Virus record (IMG/VR): IMGVR_UViG_2778261460_000002
Strand: one strand, 5' to 3'
Origin: a virus
Lineage: Duplodnaviria > Heunggongvirae > Uroviricota > Caudoviricetes
DNA length: 38,593 bases
A program made the translations under genes and the position numbers. Positions 1-9,254 of this stretch are shown piece after piece (position 1 is the stretch's first letter; each line of letters opens with the position of its first letter). The notes under the pieces are model-generated. The model made no database searches, was not told the origin of the DNA, and saw nothing but the letters and a program-made list of their open reading frames with translations.

Positions 1-1053
1 TTACGGGGTAATGCCAACCGCTGCCGCCACTTTGTCGCCACTTGGCAGCGTTGCCAGAGGATTGAAACGGAGCGCCGTTTCCAGATGATCCGGTGCCAGA
101 TGTGCGTAACGCATAGTCATTTTTATATCGTGGTGTCCGAGAATTTTTTGTAAGGCCAGAATGTTTCCACCCGACATCATGAAGTGCGCCGCAAACGTAT
201 GGCGCAGAACGTGTGTGAGTTGACCGCGAGGGAGCACGATAGACGTTTTTTCCATCACGGATAAAAATTGAAAATAGCAGTCTGTGAAGAAATTGAACCC
301 ATCAAGCGCCATGATCTCTTCGTAAAGCTCTTTACTGATAGGGATGCTTCTGTTTTTCTTCCCCTTCGTTCTGACAAAGGTAATTCGGTATTTGGTCACC
401 TGTGAGCGAGTAAGATTTACGGCTTCACGCCAGCGTGCGCCTGTGCTTAAGCATATCTTAACTACCAGTGCCAGAATTGGGTCCTGACGTTTGCAATCAG
501 CCAGCAATTCAACAATCTGCTCATGGGTAAGCCATGCCATCTCTTTTTCTGCGATGGTGAATTTTCGCATGTTCTCCAGTGGGTTCGGATACGACCATTC
601 GCCCAGACGGGATAGTTCGCTAAAAACACTACTTAGATAGCTTTGCTCCAGGTTAATGGTGACCGGGCTTGCTCCTTTCTTCCATTTCTCGCTGAAGTAG
701 ATCTCGCCTGTCAGGCGTTTATCTCGATAGTGGGCAAACATTTTAGAGGTGAGATCGGTTGCAAGAGGATTGCCCAGAGCGTCAACCATCAACAGCAATT
801 TGTCATAGACATGCTGCCCAGCTGTCAGAGATTTACCATGTAGTTTGAACCATAGTTCAACCACGTCTTTCAGTGTTCGACGATCCACTGATTCACCCAG
901 CCAGGGCTTTGCTTCGGTTTCTTCCATCGTGTGACGCTCAAAAGCCAGAGCTTCGCCTTTGGTGGCGAATTGTTTACGCACACGACGTCCACTACGTCCG
1001 GCGGGGTAACATTCGCAAAGCCATTTTCCTGTGGTGAGTTTTCGTACTGCCAT
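1..1053 (-). CDS. int: Phage integrase (tyrosine recombinase), P2/186 Int-like
   Basis: 350-aa ORF with tyrosine-recombinase C-terminal motifs (HVLRHTFA, MRYAHL); sits at the prophage end as in P2/186. Stop codon is at positions 3..1. Confidence 0.9.
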   Translation of the reverse strand: MAVRKLTTGKWLCECYPAGRSGRRVRKQFATKGEALAFERHTMEETEAKPWLGESVDRRTLKDVVELWFKLHGKSLTAGQHVYDKLLLMVDALGNPLATDLTSKMFAHYRDKRLTGEIYFSEKWKKGASPVTINLEQSYLSSVFSELSRLGEWSYPNPLENMRKFTIAEKEMAWLTHEQIVELLADCKRQDPILALVVKICLSTGARWREAVNLTRSQVTKYRITFVRTKGKKNRSIPISKELYEEIMALDGFNFFTDCYFQFLSVMEKTSIVLPRGQLTHVLRHTFAAHFMMSGGNILALQKILGHHDIKMTMRYAHLAPDHLETALRFNPLATLPSGDKVAAAVGITP

Positions 1054-1077
1054 AAAAAAGCCCTCATATCAGAGGGC
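1054..1077 (-). terminator. Rho-independent terminator on the minus strand (stem gccctc/gagggc followed by a U6 run) abutting the int start codon
   Basis: Plus strand reads aaaaaa-gccctc-atatca-gagggc at 1054-1077; on the minus strand this is a hairpin followed by six U residues, ending at the int ATG (1053). Confidence 0.55.
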
Positions 1078-1136
1078 TAAATTTAACTGTATATACAACC
1101 AGTAATCAATGTGTGATTACTATGAAACATACATTG

Positions 1137-2813
1137 CTAAGCAACATGCAGTTCATCGTTGGCGGAAGTTGCTGCTTTGCGCTCTTGCTCAATCGCCAGT
1201 GACTCTCTATATTCTTTCGCTTCCGCAAACATTGTCCATTGTGCGTTGATGTTCATATCTTCAATAACAGACTTAATTTCTTTAATATTTACGTTGAAAA
1301 ACTCTTTTCGTGAGTTAATTTTATTGACCTGTTTTTCGTTGAAGACTTTATGCAGATGATTTTCTAATGATGGTGCATCATCACTATAAATCATCGCATG
1401 AACATCGAACGAAAAAGGAACACTAGCATCACCGAGTTCACGAACACGATCAAGTGGTTCAAGGCGGCGTGTCATTCCAATTTTATATACATCTTCGCCA
1501 AATGAGCCAATATTACTAATTATATAAACGTGGCCTGATCTAGTTTGTTGAGCCATAGAAATAGCTCGTTGGTTTTTAGCTTCAGCTTCTTCATATTTTA
1601 ACTGTAGTTCAGCTATTTTTTGCTCTAAAGCTAAGCGTTGTTCTTCATTTGCAAGCATAAGCTCTTTTGTTGCTTTATTTATAGCTTGCTGAATAGCTTT
1701 CTCTTCTTTTTCAGCTTCTTTTATCGCTTTTTCATACTCCCTACGAGCTCTTTCCTCTTCACGAAGTTGTTCTTTAATCCTTCTTTGCTCTTCTTTTTCT
1801 TCGAGCATAATTTCATTAACTGCAACTCCCCATTTTAGCTCGTTGAGTCGAGCTTGAAGATAGATGTCACTTATTTTTGCGGACCTAAAGGCAGAACCAT
1901 TGTAATTTACAAGTTGAAACGCATCTTTTATCTCTTGGGAAAGTTTTCCAAAATTGTTGTGTTTGACTTTTGATAAAATACTGTCAACTCTTCCATTGAA
2001 GGCATCTAAAACAAAGTTGATAGCAGTATTACGCCTGTTTTGTTCAACATAATCACACGAAGCAGCTTTATTAGTTTTTATTAATGATTTTGTTAACTCC
2101 CTGGCTTTTTGTAATTCCTTACCTGCATCTGTAAACTCATAATTTTCTGCCAATTCATCGAGAACGCTACGGTTAGGGATGATCCATTCATCACCATAAC
2201 CTTCAATTTTATTTTTCATTGATTTGGCAACTGCTTCATATTTTTCTGCAAACTCTTTAGCTTCATATGCTGAACCAGCAATCTCTTTTGCTCTTTCTTC
2301 TGCATCGGAAATAATTTTCACTGCATTGTCATTAGCATTTGAGATCAGCTCATTTGCTTTACTATTGGCATTATCAAGACGTTCTTTAGCTTTCAGGCGT
2401 GCATCGCGAGCGTCTTTAGTAATTGCTATAGCTTCGCTATTAGCGTTGCTTATTTTTATCTGAGCTTGATAATTTGCTTCGTTTACTGTCTTAGCAGCCT
2501 TTATTTGGGCTTCTTCTATTTTTTGCCTGGCTATTGAGTCTGCATTTTTTATCTTATTCTCTGCTTCCATCACTGCGCTGTGCAATTCTACGTATTGCCA
2601 TAATGGCGCAGCTCGTCCTTCAAGCTCTGATAGATCTCGTACAGTCTGTGCTAATTCTTCTTGATTTTCTTTCAGTTGGTTGGAAAGGGCTATGTTGTTA
2701 GCTGTCAAGGTATTTATAGCCGCTTTATGTTTTTTGCTTTGCTTAAATAATATTACAGCTAGAATGGGGGCGAGAAATGCTAATAAGAATATAACGATGG
2801 AAAATGAATTCAT
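1137..2813 (-). CDS. Membrane-anchored coiled-coil protein with C-terminal T5orf172 (GIY-YIG-like) domain; DUF4041-type architecture; candidate anti-phage/moron gene
   Basis: 558-aa ORF. N-terminal hydrophobic helix (SIVIFLLAFLAPILAVILF), long E/K/A/Q-rich coiled-coil region, C-terminal segment GHVYIISNIGSFGEDVYKIGMTRRLEPLDRVRELG typical of T5orf172. AT-rich relative to the phage backbone. Start codon 20 nt downstream of the cI stop with a GGA Shine-Dalgarno, same strand as cI and int. Confidence 0.7.
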   Translation of the reverse strand: MNSFSIVIFLLAFLAPILAVILFKQSKKHKAAINTLTANNIALSNQLKENQEELAQTVRDLSELEGRAAPLWQYVELHSAVMEAENKIKNADSIARQKIEEAQIKAAKTVNEANYQAQIKISNANSEAIAITKDARDARLKAKERLDNANSKANELISNANDNAVKIISDAEERAKEIAGSAYEAKEFAEKYEAVAKSMKNKIEGYGDEWIIPNRSVLDELAENYEFTDAGKELQKARELTKSLIKTNKAASCDYVEQNRRNTAINFVLDAFNGRVDSILSKVKHNNFGKLSQEIKDAFQLVNYNGSAFRSAKISDIYLQARLNELKWGVAVNEIMLEEKEEQRRIKEQLREEERARREYEKAIKEAEKEEKAIQQAINKATKELMLANEEQRLALEQKIAELQLKYEEAEAKNQRAISMAQQTRSGHVYIISNIGSFGEDVYKIGMTRRLEPLDRVRELGDASVPFSFDVHAMIYSDDAPSLENHLHKVFNEKQVNKINSRKEFFNVNIKEIKSVIEDMNINAQWTMFAEAKEYRESLAIEQERKAATSANDELHVA

Positions 2814-2833
2814 TTTTAAATCCTTTTACTATA

Positions 2834-3430
2834 TTAATTTGAAACTATTGTACTTCTTATACAAGCAACTACTTCAATATCAGAAAATGCACATTCAAAG
2901 CTATTCTCTGTACTTGTAATTTTAATCATACCTTTTGGAAGCTTTGTGATTTTTCGAATGGAATAGGTTCCGTCGATGTTGATTAACCAGTGCCCATCAA
3001 GTACTTCAGAAAATTTTTGATCACAAATGTATGTGACGAGCCCATCCTGAATAACAATTGGTGATGAAAGATTTGCAGGAAGAAATGATGAATCGAAGAC
3101 ATATGAACCATCTTCAATCATTTTGCCTGCGGTAAGGCGAAACTTGGCAAGCTCTTCTGTAGCTGCTGTCAGCGAGCTTTGCTTAAGGCCTTGCCCGGTG
3201 GTTAACCATTTCAGTGAGGTTCCTGTTTCAAGAGCACATTGGATTATCCAGTCTGCAGGAAACGTATCCCGCAAATACCTGTTCGCCAGAGTGCTTTTTG
3301 ATACTTCCAAGTGATCAGCTAAAGCCTGTCGTGTCGTAAAGCCATAAGCTTCGACTAATCGCTCAATCGCAGCCTTACCACCTTTATTGGGATTTATTTT
3401 GATCTCATTTGGGTACTTTGATGTTGACAT
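2834..3430 (-). CDS. cI: Immunity repressor, phage 186 CI-like
   Basis: 198-aa ORF divergent from the apl/cII lytic operon; N-terminal helix-turn-helix-like region, size and position match 186 CI. Confidence 0.7.
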   Translation of the reverse strand: MSTSKYPNEIKINPNKGGKAAIERLVEAYGFTTRQALADHLEVSKSTLANRYLRDTFPADWIIQCALETGTSLKWLTTGQGLKQSSLTAATEELAKFRLTAGKMIEDGSYVFDSSFLPANLSSPIVIQDGLVTYICDQKFSEVLDGHWLINIDGTYSIRKITKLPKGMIKITSTENSFECAFSDIEVVACIRSTIVSN

Positions 3431-3477
3431 ATCTCTTTTGCGATCCTAGTATCAATTTTGTCCCCATTTGGGTACTT
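3406..3477 (+). repeat. Two exact copies of CATTTGGGTACTT (3406-3418 and 3465-3477) flanking the lytic promoter; candidate repressor/Apl operator elements
   Basis: 13-bp direct repeat read directly from the sequence, 59 bp apart, bracketing the -35/-10 of the putative pR. Confidence 0.4.
3424..3452 (+). promoter_or_regulatory. Putative early lytic promoter pR: -35 TTGACA (3424-3429), 17-bp spacer, -10 TAGTAT (3447-3452)
   Basis: Perfect -35 hexamer with canonical spacing to a near-consensus -10, upstream of apl and oriented toward it. Confidence 0.55.
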
Positions 3478-3525
3478 GTCACGATTACTACAGGCTCACC
3501 ACAAGCCAATAGGAGATGTTGCATC

Positions 3526-3747
3526 ATGACCCCTAACATTTCAATAACTCTGAATACGCCACATGTCACAATTGAGCGTTATAGCGAACTTACTGGTCTT
3601 TCTATCGACACCATCAACGATATGCTGGCTGATGGTCGCATCCCTCGCCATCGCCTTCGGAAAGACAAGAAAAGAGAAAAGGTAATGATCAACCTTGCTG
3701 CTCTTACCGTTGATGCACTTACTGATTGCAATGTTGTATTCAACTAG
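3526..3747 (+). CDS. apl: Apl/Cox-like excisionase and transcriptional regulator
   Basis: 73-aa product from the internal ATG at 3526 (AGGAG-like RBS upstream); small basic protein in first position of the rightward early operon as in 186. Confidence 0.6.
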   Translation: MTPNISITLNTPHVTIERYSELTGLSIDTINDMLADGRIPRHRLRKDKKREKVMINLAALTVDALTDCNVVFN

Positions 3748-3779
3748 TTCCATTTTGGGATACATCAGGGGTGTCGACT

Positions 3780-4289
3780 ATGTTTGATTACCAAGTTTCC
3801 AAACATCCACATTTTGACGAAGCCTGTCGTGCATTCGCACTGCGCCACAACCTGGTGCAACTGGCAGAACGTGCAGGCATGAATGTACAGATTCTGCGGA
3901 ACAAGCTGAACCCAGCTCAACCTCATTTATTAACCGCACCAGAAATCTGGTTGCTTACCGATCTGACTGAAGATTCAACGCTGGTAGATGGCTTTCTGGC
4001 ACAGATTCACTGCCTGCCATGTGTACCGATTAATGAGGTGGCAAAAGAGAAACTGCCGCATTATGTCATGAGTGCAACCGCAGAGATCGGGCGTGTTGCT
4101 GCAGGTGCGGTATCCGGCGATGTAAAAACCAGTGCAGGTCGTCGTGATGCTATCAGCAGCATTAACTCTGTAACACGGCTGATGGCGCTGGCCGCTGTTT
4201 CATTGCAGGCCCGTTTACAGGCTAATCCTGCGATGGCGAGTGCAGTTGATACCGTTACTGGCCTCGGTGCTTCATTCGGTTTGCTGTGA
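3780..4289 (+). CDS. cII: CII-like lysogeny establishment activator (phage 186 type)
   Basis: 169-aa product from ATG 3780 ([10 protein letters not shown]...); position after apl and size match 186 CII. Confidence 0.6.
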   Translation: MFDYQVSKHPHFDEACRAFALRHNLVQLAERAGMNVQILRNKLNPAQPHLLTAPEIWLLTDLTEDSTLVDGFLAQIHCLPCVPINEVAKEKLPHYVMSATAEIGRVAAGAVSGDVKTSAGRRDAISSINSVTRLMALAAVSLQARLQANPAMASAVDTVTGLGASFGLL

Positions 4290-4296
4290 GGTGCTT

Positions 4297-4497
4297 ATGC
4301 TGACGAAAGAACCATCATTTGCATCGCTGCTGGTAAAACAAAGCCCGGCAATGCACTACGGTCACGGCTGGATCATGGGGGAGGATGGTAAACGCTGGCA
4401 TCCGTGCCGTTCACAGGATGAATTGCTGGCAGAACTATCTACGAAAAAACGGGGGAACAAATGGCTATTGAAGGCGCTGCGGCAACTGTTCCATTAA
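4297..4497 (+). CDS. fil: Fil-like small early protein (186 filamentation protein-like)
   Basis: 66-aa product from ATG 4297 with GAGGTG RBS; position after cII as in 186. Confidence 0.45.
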   Translation: MLTKEPSFASLLVKQSPAMHYGHGWIMGEDGKRWHPCRSQDELLAELSTKKRGNKWLLKALRQLFH

Positions 4498-4802
4498 GCC
4501 CTGGTGAACGCCTGAATGGACTTAATCACATTGCGGAGTTAAGGGCGAAAGTTTTTGGCCTGAATATTGAGTCAGAGCTTGAGCGGTTTATTAAAGATAT
4601 GCGTGATCCACGGGATATCAATAATGAACAAAATAAACGAGCACTGGCTGCCATATTCTTTATGGCAAAAATTCCAGCTGAACGTCATAGCATCAGCATT
4701 AATGAGCTGACCACTGACGAAAAGCGGGAGCTGATTAAAGCAATGAATCATTTTCGTGCAGTGGTGAGCTTATTTCCCAGACGGCTAACCATGCCGAATT
4801 AA
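4461..4802 (+). CDS. Early-region protein of unknown function (186 Dhr-like position)
   Basis: 113-aa ORF in the early operon; function not recognisable from sequence. Confidence 0.4.
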   Translation: MAIEGAAATVPLSPGERLNGLNHIAELRAKVFGLNIESELERFIKDMRDPRDINNEQNKRALAAIFFMAKIPAERHSISINELTTDEKRELIKAMNHFRAVVSLFPRRLTMPN

Positions 4803-4869
4803 CCAACTAATGAAATTAATGGCGTAAACCCGCCGGGCATCCCTTTATCTAAATTCAGGAGAATTGATT

Positions 4870-5103
4870 ATGCGTAATATTGAAACCCTCACGACTAAAA
4901 CCGGACCGGATGACGCAGGGCTTAATATTTTACTGACAGAGGCTCGTCTGGAAGAACGCCGGGCAAGGGCTGAAGCAATGGCAGCTCGCCTTGATAGCCT
5001 GGCGTGTCATATCTCATCCCGTCAGCTAAACCACGTGGAAGCGGCAGAACTGCTGCGTGTGACTGCTGAAGCAATCCAGAACGAAGCGCAGGAGATCCAC
5101 TAA
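4870..5103 (+). CDS. Small early-region protein, unknown function
   Basis: 77-aa product from ATG 4870 with AGGAG RBS at 4856-4860. Confidence 0.4.
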   Translation: MRNIETLTTKTGPDDAGLNILLTEARLEERRARAEAMAARLDSLACHISSRQLNHVEAAELLRVTAEAIQNEAQEIH

Positions 5104-5330
5104 TGGCTGATGCAATGGATCTCGTACAGCAGCGCGTTGAAGAAGAACGCCAGCGCCATATCCGTGCTGCCCGTGCCAAAACGCCGGGCGTGTCCCGCGT
5201 GCTTTGCGTTGAGTGTGAAGCGCCAATTCCGCCAGCACGCCGCCGTGCCATTCCGGGTGTGCAGCTTTGCATTACATGTCAGGAAATCGCAGAGCTGAAA
5301 GGCAAACATTACAACGGAGGTGCTGTATGA
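5103..5330 (+). CDS. TraR/DksA-family C4 zinc-finger protein
   Basis: 75 aa with CVEC-x17-CITC zinc-finger spacing; start overlaps the upstream stop (TAATG). Confidence 0.55.
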   Translation: MADAMDLVQQRVEEERQRHIRAARAKTPGVSRVLCVECEAPIPPARRRAIPGVQLCITCQEIAELKGKHYNGGAV

Positions 5331-6184
5331 GCACCATCTTGAAATGGGCGGGAAATAAAACCGCCGTAATGTCCGAACTGAAAAAACATCTTCCTGCTGG
5401 TCCGCGACTAGTTGAACCTTTCGCGGGTTCCTGTGCTGTGATGATGGAGACGGATTATCCCTGCTATCTGGTTGCGGATATTAATCCTGATTTAATCAAC
5501 CTCTATAAAAAGGTTGCCGCTGATTGTGAATCGTTTATATCTCGCGCCAAAGTTTTATTTGAGATCGCAAACAGGGAGGTGGCTTATTACAACATAAGGC
5601 AGGAGTTTAATTACTCAACTGAAATTACTGATTTCATGAAAGCGGTATATTTCCTGTATCTCAATCGTCACGGTTACCGTGGGTTATGTCGCTATAACAA
5701 GAGCGGGCATTTCAACATTCCCTACGGTAATTATAAAAATCCGTATTTCCCTGAAAAAGAAATTCGCGCTTTTGCAGAAAAAGCCCAGCGAGCAACGTTT
5801 ATCTGCGCCAGCTTTGATGAAACGCTGGCGATGTTGAAGGCGGGGGATGTGGTGTATTGCGATCCGCCTTATGACGGTACGTTTTCCGGCTATCACGCTG
5901 ACGGCTTTACTGAAGATGACCAGTATCACCTGGCATCCGTTCTTGAACATCGGTCATCAGAAGGACATCCGGTCATTGTTTCTAACAGTGACACATCCCT
6001 GATCCGTTCGCTGTATCGCAATTTTACTCACCACTATATCAAGGTAAAACGCAGCATCGGCGTAGCAGCTGGTGAGAGTAAATCAGCAACAGAAATCATT
6101 GCTGTTTCCGGGCCGCGCTGCTGGGTGGGATTTGATTATTCGCGTGGCGTGGATAGTTCTGCCGTGTACGGAGTACGTGCATGA
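5327..6184 (+). CDS. dam: DNA adenine methyltransferase (Dam-like, N6-adenine, probable GATC specificity)
   Basis: 285-aa product from ATG 5327 ([11 protein letters not shown]...); N-terminal AdoMet-binding region (EPFAGSCAV) and catalytic DPPY motif; ATGA overlap with the upstream stop. Confidence 0.75.
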   Translation: MSTILKWAGNKTAVMSELKKHLPAGPRLVEPFAGSCAVMMETDYPCYLVADINPDLINLYKKVAADCESFISRAKVLFEIANREVAYYNIRQEFNYSTEITDFMKAVYFLYLNRHGYRGLCRYNKSGHFNIPYGNYKNPYFPEKEIRAFAEKAQRATFICASFDETLAMLKAGDVVYCDPPYDGTFSGYHADGFTEDDQYHLASVLEHRSSEGHPVIVSNSDTSLIRSLYRNFTHHYIKVKRSIGVAAGESKSATEIIAVSGPRCWVGFDYSRGVDSSAVYGVRA

Positions 6185-8595
6185 GCCATGCCGATATGAG
6201 CAACTGCTGCGGCTTTAACGAGGCTGCCGCATCGTTCTCATGGAACAGTCCGAAAAAGGCCATTAACCCTTATCTGGACCCGGCGGAAGTTGCGCCGGTT
6301 TCTGCGCTTTCAAACCTGATCACTCTGTACGCTGCCGATAACGAGCAGGAACAACTGCGCCGCGAGGCACTGAGTGATCAGGTCTGGGAGCGTTATTTCT
6401 TTAATGAATCCCGTGATCCTGTCCAACGCGAAATAGAGCAGGATAAGCTCATTAGCCGGGCAAAGTTGGCGCATGAGCAGCAGCGTTTTAACCCGGACAT
6501 GGTCATTCTGGCAGACGTCAGCGCCCAGCCCTCCCATATCAGCAAGCCGCTGATGCAACGTATTGAATACTTCAGCAGCCTGGGCAGGCCAAAGGCTTAT
6601 TCCCGCTATTTACGTGAGACGATTAAGCCATGTCTGGAACGACTGGAGCATGTACGCGACAGCCAGCTATCTGCATCTTTTCGTTTTATGGCAAGCCATG
6701 TAGGGCTGGACGGCCTGCTGATTCTGCCTGAAATGAGTCAGGATCAGGTGAAACGCCTGTCTACCCTTGTCGCTGCGCATATGAGCATGTGCCTTGATGC
6801 AGCTTGTGGTGATTTGTATGCCACCGATGACGTTAAGCCAGAAGAAATCCGCAAGACATGGGAAAAGGTGGCAGCGGAAACCCTGCGTCTGGATGTCATC
6901 CCGCCTGCGTTTGAGCAACTCCGTCGGAAAAGAAACCGCCGTAAACCCGTGCCCTATGAACTCATTCCGGGTTCGCTGGCGCGTATGTTGTGCGCCGACT
7001 GGTGGTACCGGAAATTATGGAAAATGCGTTGCGAATGGCGGGAAGAGCAGTTGCGTGCTGTCTGCCTGGTCAGCAAAAAAGCATCTCCCTATGTCAGCTA
7101 TGAAGCCGTGATGCATAAACGTGAGCAGCGCCGCAAGTCACTGGAGTTTTTCCGTTCTCATGAACTGGTGAACGAAGAGGGCGACACGCTGGATATGGAA
7201 GACGTGGTAAACGCCAGCAGCAGCAACCCGGCGCACCGCCGCAATGAGATGATGGCCTGTGTTAAAGGTCTGGAGCTTATCGCGGAAATGCGCGGTGACT
7301 GCGCCGTTTTCTACACCATTACCTGTCCGTCACGTTTCCATTCCACGCTCAATAACGGCAGACCAAACCCAACCTGGACAAATGCGACGGTAAGACAAAG
7401 CAGCGATTATCTGGTCGGCATGTTTGCTGCATTTCGTAAGGCGATGCACAAAGCCGGGTTGCGCTGGTATGGCGTGCGGGTGGCTGAGCCGCATCATGAC
7501 GGTACAGTTCACTGGCACCTGTTGTGTTTCATGCGCAAAAAAGACCGCCGCGCCATTACTGCATTGTTGCGTAAGTTTGCCATCCGTGAAGACCGCGAGG
7601 AACTGGGTAATAACACTGGTCCACGCTTTAAATCTGAGCTGATAAACCCGCGCAAAGGAACGCCGACAAGCTACATCGCGAAATACATCAGTAAGAACAT
7701 TGACGGGCGTGGTCTGGCTGGCGAGATCAGCAAGGAAACGGGTAAATCCCTGCGTGATAACGCTGAATACGTTAATGCCTGGGCGTCTCTGCATCGTGTT
7801 CAGCAATTCCGCTTCTTTGGTATTCCGGGACGTCAGGCTTACCGTGAACTTCGCTTGCTGGCTGGTCAGGCGGCAAGGCAACAGGGTGACAAAAAAGCAG
7901 GTGCGCCGGTACTGGATAACCCGCGTCTTGATGCCATTCTGGCTGCTGCTGATGCTGGTTGTTTTGCCACCTACATCATGAAGCAGGGCGGCGTACTGGT
8001 TCCCCGCAAATATCACCTCATCAGAACCGCTTATGAAATCAACGAAGAGCCAACCGCCTATGGCGATCACGGTATTCGTATTTATGGCATCTGGTCACCC
8101 ATTGCAGAGGGCAAGATCTGCACTCATGCAGTGAAGTGGAAAATGGTTCGTAAGGCCGTTGACGTTCAGGAGGCGGCAGCCGACCAGGGCGCTTGCGCCC
8201 CTTGGACTCGTGGCAATAACTGTCCCCTTGCTGAAAATTTGAACCAACAGGAGAAAGATAAATCAGCTGATGGAGACACCAGAACGGACATTACCCGCAT
8301 GGATGACAAGGAGTTGCACGATTACCTGCACAGTATGAGCAAAAAAGAGCGCCGGGAACTGGCAGCAAGGTTACGCCAGGTGAAGCCGAAAAGGCGTAAA
8401 GACTACAAACAGCGAATTACAGATCATCAGCATCAGCAGCTCGTCTATGAACTGAAGTCCAGAGGATTTGATGGCAGCGAGAAAGAGGTCGATTTACTCC
8501 TTCGCGGTGGCAGTATTCCGTCAGGAGCAGGCCTGCGTATTTTCTATCGGAACCAGCGTTTGCAGGAAGATGATAAGTGGCGGAACCTGTATTAA
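6181..8595 (+). CDS. Replication initiation protein A (P2 gpA / 186 replication endonuclease-like)
   Basis: 804-aa ORF after the early operon; size and position match P2 A; ATGA overlap with dam stop. Confidence 0.8.
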   Translation: MSHADMSNCCGFNEAAASFSWNSPKKAINPYLDPAEVAPVSALSNLITLYAADNEQEQLRREALSDQVWERYFFNESRDPVQREIEQDKLISRAKLAHEQQRFNPDMVILADVSAQPSHISKPLMQRIEYFSSLGRPKAYSRYLRETIKPCLERLEHVRDSQLSASFRFMASHVGLDGLLILPEMSQDQVKRLSTLVAAHMSMCLDAACGDLYATDDVKPEEIRKTWEKVAAETLRLDVIPPAFEQLRRKRNRRKPVPYELIPGSLARMLCADWWYRKLWKMRCEWREEQLRAVCLVSKKASPYVSYEAVMHKREQRRKSLEFFRSHELVNEEGDTLDMEDVVNASSSNPAHRRNEMMACVKGLELIAEMRGDCAVFYTITCPSRFHSTLNNGRPNPTWTNATVRQSSDYLVGMFAAFRKAMHKAGLRWYGVRVAEPHHDGTVHWHLLCFMRKKDRRAITALLRKFAIREDREELGNNTGPRFKSELINPRKGTPTSYIAKYISKNIDGRGLAGEISKETGKSLRDNAEYVNAWASLHRVQQFRFFGIPGRQAYRELRLLAGQAARQQGDKKAGAPVLDNPRLDAILAAADAGCFATYIMKQGGVLVPRKYHLIRTAYEINEEPTAYGDHGIRIYGIWSPIAEGKICTHAVKWKMVRKAVDVQEAAADQGACAPWTRGNNCPLAENLNQQEKDKSADGDTRTDITRMDDKELHDYLHSMSKKERRELAARLRQVKPKRRKDYKQRITDHQHQQLVYELKSRGFDGSEKEVDLLLRGGSIPSGAGLRIFYRNQRLQEDDKWRNLY

Positions 8596-8689
8596 TTACG
8601 CGGGTTAACAATTCGTGCTCTTAATAATACCAGGCATATCAGGCTGATGAACGTAAAAAAACGTTTTACATCAGTAAGATTATTATATA

Positions 8690-8705
8690 CTGTAAATATA
8701 AACAG
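8690..8705 (+). promoter_or_regulatory. LexA (SOS) box CTGTAAATATAAACAG
   Basis: Exact match to the CTGT-N8-ACAG LexA operator consensus, about 45 nt upstream of the tum-like start, inside an AT-rich promoter-like region. Confidence 0.7.
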
Positions 8706-8748
8706 TGTTTATGCATACAGTATTGTTTGTGGTGTCATAGGAGGAAAG

Positions 8749-8937
8749 ATGCAGGACTATTTTTTGGAGTCTTTGAAGCTCCAGCGCATTGATTTTTTTC
8801 TTAAGCTTGTAGCGGCTAGTGAGTGTAGTGATGAAGAGAAGGGGCTGGCTCTGCAGTGGGTTTCTGAATTGACTGATGAACTCATGGCAAAAATCAGAAG
8901 CCACGAATACAACCGCTCAATGGATGTCATCAGCTGA
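8749..8937 (+). CDS. Small SOS-regulated protein, candidate Tum-like antirepressor
   Basis: 62-aa product from ATG 8749 with AGGAGG RBS (8739-8744); directly downstream of the LexA box; position matches the 186 tum locus. Confidence 0.45.
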   Translation: MQDYFLESLKLQRIDFFLKLVAASECSDEEKGLALQWVSELTDELMAKIRSHEYNRSMDVIS

Positions 8938-8947
8938 GGTGACTTTT

Positions 8948-9181
8948 ATGCGCATTGAAATAATGATCGATAAAGAGCAGAAGATTAGCCAGTCTACCCT
9001 GGACGCTCTGGAGTCCGAGCTTTACCGCAACCTGCAACCCATCTATCCCAAGACAGCTATCCGCATCCGTAAAGGGTCGGCAAACGGCGTTGAGCTGAGT
9101 GGCTTAAAGCTTGATGAAGACAAAAAGCGGGTGATGGAAATTATGCAGCAGGTTTGGGAAGACGACAGATGGCTGCACTAA
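8948..9181 (+). CDS. DinI-family protein
   Basis: 77-aa product MRIEIMIDKEQK...IMQQVWEDDRWLH aligns by eye with E. coli DinI (MRIEVTIAK ... ILQETWE ... W); second gene in the LexA-boxed operon. Confidence 0.65.
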   Translation: MRIEIMIDKEQKISQSTLDALESELYRNLQPIYPKTAIRIRKGSANGVELSGLKLDEDKKRVMEIMQQVWEDDRWLH

Positions 9182-9254
9182 GGAACGTTCCTGATGTAAG
9201 AACTTGATTCTGACGTCAGCAAGGTTGAACAACGAGAGTAGCGAGGCGTTAGCC

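Noticed and set aside
5684-5950. 88-aa minus-strand ORF
   Set aside because: Antisense within the Dam methylase gene; no RBS or promoter evidence.
8647-8748. N-terminal extension of the tum-like ORF
   Set aside because: The extension would run through the LexA box and promoter; the internal ATG at 8749 has a strong AGGAGG Shine-Dalgarno, so the shorter product is far more plausible.
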